A stretch of 64,000 nt of DNA from Candidatus Spongiisociaceae bacterium (GTDB taxonomy: Bacteria; Actinomycetota; Acidimicrobiia; Spongiisociales; Spongiisociaceae), in assembly GCA_965213975.1 (NCBI GenBank), contig OZ243930.1, positions 2,230,390 to 2,294,389 of the forward strand, in the 5' to 3' direction. The notes under the pieces are model-generated. The model ran no database searches. It had not been told where the DNA came from and worked only from the letters and a program-made list of their open reading frames with translations. The position numbers and the translations under genes are program-made. Below, in pieces: positions 51,140-59,338 of the stretch (position 1 is the first letter of the stretch; each line of letters starts with the position of its first letter).

Positions 51140-51327
51140 CGCCGCTCAGACGAGCGAAACCCTGGCGCGGATAGCCCTAGACCATTTCCTCTACTCTGTC
51201 GCGCCGATCCGTTGATCGAACGCATCCAGCCGAGCGATCCGGTCAGCGCCCCGGAGCGAGACTCACACGGGCAAGGCGCTTTGGTAAGTATCTCCGGTCG
51301 ATAGAATCCCCGCCCTAGGAGGTTGAT

Positions 51328-51819
51328 ATGACGAACAAGGACGACAACGCCGACTCCGGGGGCAACCCCACACCGGTCTCGGACTTGGAACACGACAACA
51401 CAAGCCTCGCCGAGGTAGGCGATCTGCTGGACTCCGGGGTTGGTGGAACAAGCGATGGGGACGAACCGACTAGCGCCGAGCTTCGGGCCGCTTGGAGCGG
51501 TTTCGCCGATGCGGCGCGTGATCTCGGCCAAGCTTTAGCCTCCACCGCCGGGGATCCGGAGGTACGGGCGGGGATCAAGAACGCCGTTCAGTCTCTGGTG
51601 GATACGGTCGGGTCTCTGGCGCGAGACGCCGCCGGAACCGCAGCCGAGCAGGTCCGCAAGGTGGGTGATACCGCGGCCGAGCAGGTCCGCAAAGTGGGCG
51701 AACGAACCAAGAAGACCGCCGACACCGAACCACTGCCGGCCGAGACCGCACTACCGCTAGCCGACACCGTACCGTCGCCAGTCGAGGATGAACCCGCCGA
51801 GACTACGACAGCCTCATGA
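51328..51819 (+). CDS. Hypothetical acidic protein with a tandem AAEQVRKVG(D/E)(T/RT) repeat
   Basis: A strong Shine-Dalgarno sequence (TAGGAGG) lies 7 nt upstream of the ATG. The protein is 163 aa and low-complexity, with a 33-bp direct DNA repeat at about 51643..51710. Confidence 0.55.
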   Translation: MTNKDDNADSGGNPTPVSDLEHDNTSLAEVGDLLDSGVGGTSDGDEPTSAELRAAWSGFADAARDLGQALASTAGDPEVRAGIKNAVQSLVDTVGSLARDAAGTAAEQVRKVGDTAAEQVRKVGERTKKTADTEPLPAETALPLADTVPSPVEDEPAETTTAS

Positions 51820-51834
51820 GGGTGGCCGCCACCT

Positions 51835-52671
51835 ATGGTTGACGCGCTCATCGACTGTGGCCAGGTGGCAGCCCGGCACGGCGAGGACCGCCTTCGGTTA
51901 ATTGATACCCGCTGGGTGTTAGGCCAGTACGGCGGTGGACGGATTCTGTACGAAGCAGGTCACCTCCCGGGTGCTCTGTTCATGGACTTGGACGATGACT
52001 TGGCTGCCGCGCAGGGACCGGGTCGCCACCCTTTACCCTCGGCGGAGGACTTCGCCGCCCTACTGGGACGGCGTGGTGTCGGTCCCCAGGATCATGTCGT
52101 GGCTTACGATCAGGGCCAAGGGGTGATCGCGGCAAGGTTATGGTGGATGCTCCGCAGCATCGGCCATCGTCGGGTGAGTGTCCTGAATGGGGGGTTCGAG
52201 CGTTGGGTTTCACGCGGGCATCCCGTTACGGACGAGGTGCCCGCTCTCGCCCCCACCTCTTACCGGCCCGGACGCGGCACCACCCGCACCGTGGACCGCG
52301 ATGAACTCGCTGGCCTTCTCGGCTCGGTCACGCTGCTCGACGCTCGCTCGCCGGAACGGTACCGGGGCGAGGTGGAACCCATCGACTCGGCTGCGGGCCA
52401 TATACCTACCGCAATCTCGGCGTTCACGGACGGCAACCTGAGGCCCGATGGAACCTTCAAGTCGGTTGATGAGCTGAAGGAGCACTTCGAGAGCTTGGGT
52501 GTGGACCCGACCCGACCGGTAGTGACCTACTGCGGGAGCGGAGTGACCGCCTGTCACAACCTGCTGGCCCTGCACGTTGCGGGCCATCTCGAGGGTTCCC
52601 TATATCCCGGCTCTTGGTCCGATTGGTCATCGTCCGGAATGCCGGTCGCAGGAGGCCCCGACCCGGGCTAG
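51835..52671 (+). CDS. Thiosulfate/3-mercaptopyruvate sulfurtransferase (tandem rhodanese domains)
   Basis: Two rhodanese domains with the catalytic loop CGSGVTACH in the second. Confidence 0.88.
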   Translation: MVDALIDCGQVAARHGEDRLRLIDTRWVLGQYGGGRILYEAGHLPGALFMDLDDDLAAAQGPGRHPLPSAEDFAALLGRRGVGPQDHVVAYDQGQGVIAARLWWMLRSIGHRRVSVLNGGFERWVSRGHPVTDEVPALAPTSYRPGRGTTRTVDRDELAGLLGSVTLLDARSPERYRGEVEPIDSAAGHIPTAISAFTDGNLRPDGTFKSVDELKEHFESLGVDPTRPVVTYCGSGVTACHNLLALHVAGHLEGSLYPGSWSDWSSSGMPVAGGPDPG

Positions 52672-52782
52672 CCGATCCGGATTGCTGACTCGAAGGGGTG
52701 CGTTCACGACATCCGGGCCTTACCGTTTCCGCGGGTTTGGCTGCGGACGGTGGCGTTGAGCACTCAACCGTTGACTACTTCG

Positions 52783-53006
52783 CGTCAAGGGTATTGTCTT
52801 TGTCACAGTGTCGTTATACAGTATTCATTGCTAAGCACCAACTCCGGCTTGTTGAGGCAGTTGCGACCGATCGGAAAACAGCCGGACCTTTGGGAACATC
52901 AATCTTGTAGAGCTGCGGCCCTAGCGTCTCCCGGCTTCCGTCCGGGCATGGCCGACCACGCTCCGAAACGGTGGTGTGAGGCGGGGGTGGGGCCCAGCGA
53001 AGCTGG
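52783..53006 (+). repeat. Copy C of the repeat family
   Basis: About 90% identical to copy A over roughly 220 bp. It lies in the convergent intergenic region between the rhodanese gene and ORF 53216..53674. Confidence 0.85.
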
Positions 53007-53215
53007 CGAGAGGGGCGGAAGGCCTCGATTTTCGATCCAGCGAGCCCCTTGGTTGATGGGATGACGGGTTTGGGGGCATCTCAGGTCAGATTGGTCCGTG
53101 TGGCCCGGAGTGCTCGTTCAGGCGGTGAGCCGCAGATTTTCCGTTCGTAGTTCTTCCGCAGCGTGTTCGAGGAACAGATCGCTGATATCCAGGTGACGCT
53201 GAGCGGTAGCCATGG

Positions 53216-53674
53216 CTAGCTTCGATATGGGCGAGGGTCAGTGAACTCGACGAGCGAGAAACGCGGCGTCACGACCAGGAAGCGGATGTCGGTCTCCATC
53301 CCGTTGACGTCGGCCAGATGGAGGGTCTCGCCTATCTCGAACGGGGTCGGGTAGGCGGGCGCGCCATTGACGACGATGTTGTCCGTGTATAGGTAGGTCT
53401 CACCCTCGTTGATCGGCTCAAGACGACCTTCGATTCCCGGTATATGACCGCTGCCGGACGTGAAGACCGTCCCGTTCTTGCCGTTGCGTGATGGCTGCAA
53501 CGGGAGAAGGACCGTCCGGCGGTCGCCGATGGTGATCACGGTATGGAAGGGCAGGAATCCGGGTGCGCCAGCCAGCAACGTCATTTCCTGATCAGTGCGA
53601 TACAAGTCGAACGAGCGGTCTCCTCGGCGATTAGTCAGGCCGGTCCGGTAGGTTCGGTTAGGGAAGGAGACCAC
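53216..53674 (-). CDS. Hypothetical protein (possible beta-barrel protein). Start uncertain.
   Basis: It is an intact ORF of 152 aa, and I cannot assign it to a family from sequence alone. Confidence 0.35.
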   Translation of the reverse strand: MVSFPNRTYRTGLTNRRGDRSFDLYRTDQEMTLLAGAPGFLPFHTVITIGDRRTVLLPLQPSRNGKNGTVFTSGSGHIPGIEGRLEPINEGETYLYTDNIVVNGAPAYPTPFEIGETLHLADVNGMETDIRFLVVTPRFSLVEFTDPRPYRS

Positions 53675-53825
53675 CAGAGTTGCCAGGGGGACTCCCTCCC
53701 CGGAGGGTGACCGGATCTGAATGTGACTTCCCGCATCACCTCCTCCTTCCCTTGCCGGGCGTTGTCGTGTGTAGTATCGCGGTGGTTAGCATATATTAGA
53801 CATTATATCAAAACTACGCTGTCTA

Positions 53826-55649
53826 TTAATAGGGGGAGCGGCCGGGGGCTAAGCCGAGCACCTCTTCGGCTTGGTCGAGGGTCTGGTCCCCGTTGGGTAC
53901 GGGCGCGAACAGATCCCCATATCGGGAAAGTCGATCCCAGATGTTGCTCATGGTGAAGCTCTCGGGGTCAACGATTTCGAGTTCGTCCCAGCGCACGGGT
54001 GTTGAGACGGGACCTCCCGGCCGGGGCCGGACCGAGTACACCGACGCGATTGTCGCCCCTGGTCGGTTCTGGCCGGAATCTATATACACCTTCCCGAAAC
54101 GACGGGGTATGTGCCGATCAACCGTTACATAGTCGGGGTCGGCGGCGGCCAGCACCTCCCCTACCCGCCGTACGAACGCGCGCACCCGAGCGTATTCGTG
54201 GACGGGTGCCAGAGGAACGTAGATATGGGCACCTTTCGACCCCGACGTCTTCGGGTACGATCGCAGGCCGAGATGATCGAGCGCTTCTCGGACCAGCAGC
54301 GCGGTCGCTACCACCTTCTCCCAGGGGGCACCGTCCGCCGGATCGAGATCGAAGACCGCATAGTCCTGAATGCCGACGCGGGCGGCCTTCGACAGCCAGG
54401 GATGGACCTCGATGCATCCCATGTTGGCCAGCCACATCAGCGATTCGGGGCGGTCGGCGGTCACATACTCGATGGCTTCCCCCCGGTGGGAGGAGTCGAG
54501 CGGCACCAGCGGCATCCACGGTGGTTGATGGCCGGGGGCCTGCTTCTCATAGAAGGAAGATCCTTCAATCCCGTCCGGGTAGCGGGACATGACGATGGCC
54601 CGGCCTTCTAGGTGAGGGAGGAGAACGGGGGCGATGGAGGCGTAGTAGGCGATCAGGTCGCCTTTGGTGTAGCCGTCGGGGAAGAAGGGCTTGTCGAGGT
54701 TGGTAAGGCGGAGAGGATGGTCGTAGCCGGACAACACATAACCCCGCCGATCCCGGGACTCAATTACCCGGGGCATGTCGGGGAATCGGATTGCCCTGCT
54801 CCCCGCCAGCCGTCCCGCGACACCTGAAGTCGCTGGGGGAGCCACACCCCTGATCTCGGCCCCGATCCGGCGGTGCGAGTCGGCGTCACGGGATTCGGAG
54901 ATGACGGTGAGGCGCATCCCGATCCGATCAACCGCCTCCACCAGTGGGGTTATCCGAAGGTCGCCGTCGCCGTAGGGGAGGTGACGGATCTCTCCCTGAT
55001 CGCCGTACAGGACGTCGCTGAAATGGGTGTGAAGCGGGTCGATTTTCCAGGCCGCGAACCGCTCCTTGACGAAGGCCAACACCGACTCGAAGGCATCCGA
55101 GGTGGACAGACCACCGTGGCTGATGGCATGAACGTGCGCCCAGTCTACGGTGGGGCGAACGAAGTGGTACTCGGCACTGAGCACCGAGATGTCACCAAGA
55201 CTCCCCATCTGGCCGACCCTCCCGGTGGTCTCTAGACCTAGACCCACCCCGAGCTCGTCGACTCGGGCGGATAGCCGGTCCAGATTGGATCGGATGACGT
55301 CCATCATTACCGCCGGATCCTCGCCTCGCCTCCCGCCCGGGTGGGCGACCACCACCGGAGCTTCCATGGCCTCAGCCAGCTTCATGGTGTGCTCAAGGGC
55401 CCCCCGGCAACGTCGGGATCGCTCCTCATCGGTGATGGTGAGGGTGGCGAAATAGGGAGCGTGGATGGAGAGCCGAAGCCCCCGAGTTGACGCCACCTTC
55501 CCGAACCGGGCGCAGCGCGGCTTGTTCCAGGGGAAGCCTCGGGTGAAAGCAAACTCGAAGGCCTCGAAGCCTTGCTCCCCTAGCGAATCGACGAACTCCT
55601 CGTCAGACATGTCAGTCGGAGGCAATCCCGAGTAACCATAGGCGATCAT
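53826..55649 (-). CDS. Fusion protein: an N-terminal endonuclease IV (Nfo)-like AP-endonuclease family-2 TIM barrel joined to a C-terminal LigD-type primase-polymerase (NHEJ polymerase) domain
   Basis: The N-terminal ~290 aa shows the ordered Nfo metal-ligand blocks: HAPY, VVAHPG, GLETTG, VDWAHVHA, LHTHFSD and EIRHLPYGDGD. The C-terminal ~300 aa is collinear with the LigD polymerase domain (LTNLDKPFFPDGYTKGDLIAYY...VFDLDP...KTSGSKGAHIYVPL...DSGQN...YSVRP...VSTPVRWDEL). Confidence 0.7.
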   Translation of the reverse strand: MIAYGYSGLPPTDMSDEEFVDSLGEQGFEAFEFAFTRGFPWNKPRCARFGKVASTRGLRLSIHAPYFATLTITDEERSRRCRGALEHTMKLAEAMEAPVVVAHPGGRRGEDPAVMMDVIRSNLDRLSARVDELGVGLGLETTGRVGQMGSLGDISVLSAEYHFVRPTVDWAHVHAISHGGLSTSDAFESVLAFVKERFAAWKIDPLHTHFSDVLYGDQGEIRHLPYGDGDLRITPLVEAVDRIGMRLTVISESRDADSHRRIGAEIRGVAPPATSGVAGRLAGSRAIRFPDMPRVIESRDRRGYVLSGYDHPLRLTNLDKPFFPDGYTKGDLIAYYASIAPVLLPHLEGRAIVMSRYPDGIEGSSFYEKQAPGHQPPWMPLVPLDSSHRGEAIEYVTADRPESLMWLANMGCIEVHPWLSKAARVGIQDYAVFDLDPADGAPWEKVVATALLVREALDHLGLRSYPKTSGSKGAHIYVPLAPVHEYARVRAFVRRVGEVLAAADPDYVTVDRHIPRRFGKVYIDSGQNRPGATIASVYSVRPRPGGPVSTPVRWDELEIVDPESFTMSNIWDRLSRYGDLFAPVPNGDQTLDQAEEVLGLAPGRSPY

Positions 55650-55725
55650 CAGGCCAGACTATCGCCGTCAGGGAGGCTTACGCGATGTGATCGCCAACCC
55701 ACCGGCGAGCGCTAGCCTTGTCGCC

Positions 55726-55798
55726 GGGCCTGTAGCTCAATCGGCAGAGCAGCGGACTTTTAATCCGAAGGTCGCGGGTTCGATTCCCGCCGGGCCCA
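55726..55798 (+). tRNA. lysT: tRNA-Lys (anticodon TTT)
   Basis: GGGCCTGTAGCTCAATCGGCAGAGCAGCGGACTTTTAATCCGAAGGTCGCGGGTTCGATTCCCGCCGGGCCCA, with anticodon loop CTTTTAA and T-loop TTCGATT. Confidence 0.9.
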
Positions 55799-55840
55799 CT
55801 TCGGGGTGGTCGCGGCAGACGGGTTATCATTTATGATAAG

Positions 55841-56533
55841 TTGATGGCTGAGATGAACCCGACGCTGCGGCGGGTGATGGAGTCGGCAGCGCGCTTGCAG
55901 GTGGTGGTTCCGGACGCTGTCTTGGTGGGAGGATCCGCTGCGGCACTGCATGCTGGCCATCGCTACTCCCTTGACCACGACCACGTTCTCGCGGACCTGG
56001 TCGACCGGTACGAGGCGGTCTTGGACGCGATGGAGTCGACCGAGGGATGGGCTACGTCGGTGCGCGCCTCGAAGCCACCGTTCACCATTATGGGAACGCT
56101 TGACGGTATCGAGGCCAGGTTGCGCCAGATGCGCCGGACCTGTCCTCTAGAGACTATGGAAGTGAGGGTCGGTGACGGTGCCGTCGTTGTGGCACCGACC
56201 GCGGAAGAAGCCCTGCGGGTGAAGGCGTTCCTGGTGGTGCAGCGCAACACGGTTCGCGACTTCCTTGACGTCGTCGCGCTCGCCGACCGGATGGGCGAGG
56301 CTACCTCCGTCGATGTGCTCTCGAGAATAGGCGACTACTACGTCGACCGTTCGGGAGATCCGGCGTCAGTTCTGACCTCGCTGGTCGTGGCGCTGGCCGC
56401 GCCTTCGCCGCATGATGTCGATGCGATTGATGAACTTCCTCGCTACCGGGGCCTCGACCCGCTGTGGCATCGTTGGTCCGCTGTTGTGGACGTGTGTCAG
56501 GAGTTGGCGCTGTGCTTGAGCGGGGCGACATGA
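55841..56533 (+). CDS. Nucleotidyltransferase of the AbiEii/DUF1814 (type IV toxin-like) family
   Basis: A minimal nucleotidyltransferase motif, VLVGGSAAALHAGHRYSLDHDHV (GG[ST]A...R.S.D.D). It lies directly downstream of tRNA-Lys, and its stop overlaps the next ORF's start (ATGA). Confidence 0.6.
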   Translation: MMAEMNPTLRRVMESAARLQVVVPDAVLVGGSAAALHAGHRYSLDHDHVLADLVDRYEAVLDAMESTEGWATSVRASKPPFTIMGTLDGIEARLRQMRRTCPLETMEVRVGDGAVVVAPTAEEALRVKAFLVVQRNTVRDFLDVVALADRMGEATSVDVLSRIGDYYVDRSGDPASVLTSLVVALAAPSPHDVDAIDELPRYRGLDPLWHRWSAVVDVCQELALCLSGAT

Positions 56534-56979
56534 GCGGGCTGCGGTTCCGCAACGTCGACGCCGAGCCCGACCACCATGTGGGGACCTGGCCGTATGAGGC
56601 TCTGGTGACCGCTATCGACCGCGGCCTGGTCCCTGATTGGCAACCTGTCTTCGTGGAGATCCGTCGGTCGCCGTGGGGCCGGGTCGCTCGTCGGGTGCAG
56701 CGCTACCTCGGCTACCGCGACTTCGACGGGGTGAGCCAACTCTTCGCTTTGGCGATCGAGCGCGCCCGAGCGGAAACGGAACGGGCCGACAGAGCGGAAG
56801 TGGCGGCCCGCGTCCGAGCAGCCGTTGAGCGGGCGGGGATGACGCAGGCAGAGTTCGCCGCCACGGTGGGCACCAGCGCGTCGCGGCTGAGCACCTACCT
56901 GAACGGGAAGGTAACCCCTTCGGCGGCGATGCTCATCCGCATCGAACGCACCGGGGAGGCGGCCAAGCCGCAACCCTAA
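56530..56979 (+). CDS. Small protein with a C-terminal XRE-type helix-turn-helix, translationally coupled to the nucleotidyltransferase
   Basis: MTQAEFAATVGTSASRLSTYLNGKVTPSAAMLIRIERT is a canonical HTH_XRE. The start is the Met that overlaps the upstream stop. Confidence 0.55.
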   Translation: MSGLRFRNVDAEPDHHVGTWPYEALVTAIDRGLVPDWQPVFVEIRRSPWGRVARRVQRYLGYRDFDGVSQLFALAIERARAETERADRAEVAARVRAAVERAGMTQAEFAATVGTSASRLSTYLNGKVTPSAAMLIRIERTGEAAKPQP

Positions 56980-57039
56980 AGGGGTTGGGGGTGGGGCCCC
57001 GGGCCTGGGGGGGAGGCTCCGGGGCCCCGGTGGGTTGGC

Positions 57040-59196
57040 TTAGGCAGGAGTAGTGTCGGCGGTGATCGCGATGATACTGATGCTGTCCCGACTATAGGTT
57101 ACATCAACAGTGTCGCCTTCGGATAGGGCCTTCTCGAAGTCGACCGCGGACTTGGCCGTGTTGCCCACACTGAATTGGTCAGATTCGCCGGACTTGGTCC
57201 GGTACTCCACAATGTGGAGTTCGTCGGACCCGTCGTCATCGACAATCATTACGTCCCTGGCCGTGTCCACATACACCACCGTGCCGCTGATATCCCCATC
57301 ACCAGGTTCGGCACCCCAATAGTGAACCACCTCTTTATCGATAACTGGATTGGAGTCAACAATCGTCACAGTGATCGTCTCCGCAGCGTGGGCACCACCA
57401 TACGAGTAGCTGAAGTCACGGCCGGTGGATCCCACCGAGCAACCGTCGGTTTCTGTACAATCGTCGGGGCGTTGGTTCGCAATATCCGCAGCAAGGGTGG
57501 ATTCGATGTGAACTCTTGCGCCGCTACTCCTACTGCCGTACTGATCGGTCACCCTGACCCGGATGCTGTTGGAGCGGCGTACGGATCCGGATCCTATGTC
57601 GGTGTAGGGGGTGCCGTCCTCAATCAGGATTTGGTTGGCCCCTGCGTCAGCGTCCGACCAGGTGATGGTCAATACGCTCAGGTCTCGGTCCTCCTCATCC
57701 ACCACGGGGTATTGTGTCGGGTCGTCTACCCCCAGGGTTACCATGGCGATGTTGTCGTTGTTGCTACCCCGCTCCGGGTCGCTCTTCTGGAAATCGAACT
57801 CAACACGCCCCAGAGCGTCTGTCTTGTAGGTCTGGGTTCTGTCGCTAAAGCCCAACCTGTCATCGGTATTCTTGACACAATCGGCGCGGCCTTCGCATTC
57901 GGCTTCGGTGATCCGGAGGGTGATATTGGCACCTTCTTGGCGGATTCGCCGACCGTCGTCGTCGATGAGCTGGAAGGTCACGGTGACTTCCTCACCGAAA
58001 CGCACCGTCTTGGTGATCCCGGCATCGTGGGTAACTCGGGTCTTGTCGGCAGCGTCGGCAACGGCCAGCGAGACCAAGTCGTACTCGACAGTGTCGTCGT
58101 CAAAGTCGTCTCCGTTGTCGCCCGTCCAGCCGAAGACAACCAGGTCAGACTCGGCCACCACAGAGGGCAAGGCTTCTTCGTCGGTTAGGTTGCCTAGCTC
58201 GTCGGTCTCAGGATCGGAACCGTCAATCTCGCATTCGTCACCGCTGTTTACCAGCGCTTCAACGGCCGAGGAGACACAGGTCCCGTTGCTCGACAGTGCC
58301 TTGTCGGCCGACTCGCCCCAGAAAAAATCAATGGGCTGGTTTGGGATCGGCTGATGGTTGCGGTCACGGTAGGAGGCGATGAACTCGACCTCGTCACCTT
58401 CGAAGATGGTGCTACGGGGATCCACCACCTGAATGGTGATGCCGGCCGGCCTGGCGTTGGTGTGGTTCAGGGTGCGGGCAATGAAGGCCGCCATCTGAGC
58501 CCTAGTCACGGTGTCTCCGGGGGCGAACCTGGTGGCGGTCTTGCCCTGGGTGATCCCCATCTCGAACAGCTTGAGAATCGGCGTGTAGAAACGCACCGAC
58601 AGGTCGTCTATGTCGTCGAAGACATCGTCGTCGTCCGGATTGACGTCGTCAATGTCAAAACCGCCGGGCCCGACCTCGGCCTGCTCCAGGAAGGCAGCGA
58701 GGTGCATGGCCATGTCGGCGCGGGTAACGGGGGCGTTGGGTTCGAACTCGGTCCGGGTGCGCCCTTCCATGATCTCCGCATGGGCCATCTGGTTGACCAG
58801 CGCCCGATCTTGGTCCGAGAGACCATCGATGTCGGTGAACCCCTGATCCCTGGCCACCGGCAGCAGAATCCCGGCCGGTCCGGCGGCGCGGCTCAAGAAA
58901 CGCACCATATGAATCCGCTTGGTGTCGGCGGCGGGGCCGAAGGTGGTGGCGGTAGTGCCCTGGGTGATCCCGTAGTGCGCCAAGCAGTCAGCGGCTTCCT
59001 CAGCGAAGCTTCCCACCATGTCAGTGAACTCCTGCGATTCGGCGGCGGGCCCGACACAGGCGGAATAGAGAGCCGTATCATCGGCTACGCCCGATTCGGC
59101 ACCCACCGGTGCGGCACCGACCGATAGAAGGCTGCCCACCAACGCGCACATGAGCAGCACGGCGAGACGACTACGCCGCCTGAAACCTGTAAACAT
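57040..59196 (-). CDS. Secreted S-layer-homology (SLH) domain surface protein
   Basis: Signal peptide (RLAVLLMCALVGSLLSVGA), three SLH-like repeats (F.D.....A...L...GI..G.T...F.P...VTRA.MA.F), and a long beta-rich, Asp/Thr-rich C-terminal region. Confidence 0.75.
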   Translation of the reverse strand: MFTGFRRRSRLAVLLMCALVGSLLSVGAAPVGAESGVADDTALYSACVGPAAESQEFTDMVGSFAEEAADCLAHYGITQGTTATTFGPAADTKRIHMVRFLSRAAGPAGILLPVARDQGFTDIDGLSDQDRALVNQMAHAEIMEGRTRTEFEPNAPVTRADMAMHLAAFLEQAEVGPGGFDIDDVNPDDDDVFDDIDDLSVRFYTPILKLFEMGITQGKTATRFAPGDTVTRAQMAAFIARTLNHTNARPAGITIQVVDPRSTIFEGDEVEFIASYRDRNHQPIPNQPIDFFWGESADKALSSNGTCVSSAVEALVNSGDECEIDGSDPETDELGNLTDEEALPSVVAESDLVVFGWTGDNGDDFDDDTVEYDLVSLAVADAADKTRVTHDAGITKTVRFGEEVTVTFQLIDDDGRRIRQEGANITLRITEAECEGRADCVKNTDDRLGFSDRTQTYKTDALGRVEFDFQKSDPERGSNNDNIAMVTLGVDDPTQYPVVDEEDRDLSVLTITWSDADAGANQILIEDGTPYTDIGSGSVRRSNSIRVRVTDQYGSRSSGARVHIESTLAADIANQRPDDCTETDGCSVGSTGRDFSYSYGGAHAAETITVTIVDSNPVIDKEVVHYWGAEPGDGDISGTVVYVDTARDVMIVDDDGSDELHIVEYRTKSGESDQFSVGNTAKSAVDFEKALSEGDTVDVTYSRDSISIIAITADTTPA

Positions 59197-59338
59197 TGAC
59201 CCTCCTACGACCGGTCTCCGAGTTTTCCCACCCGACTCCGCCCGCTCAAGCTTAACCAGCCAGGTTGCCGATGGGAAACATCATCGGGCGCGAACGTCCT
59301 CGGCGAGCGAACCATCACCCCGGCCGGGAAAAACTTCG

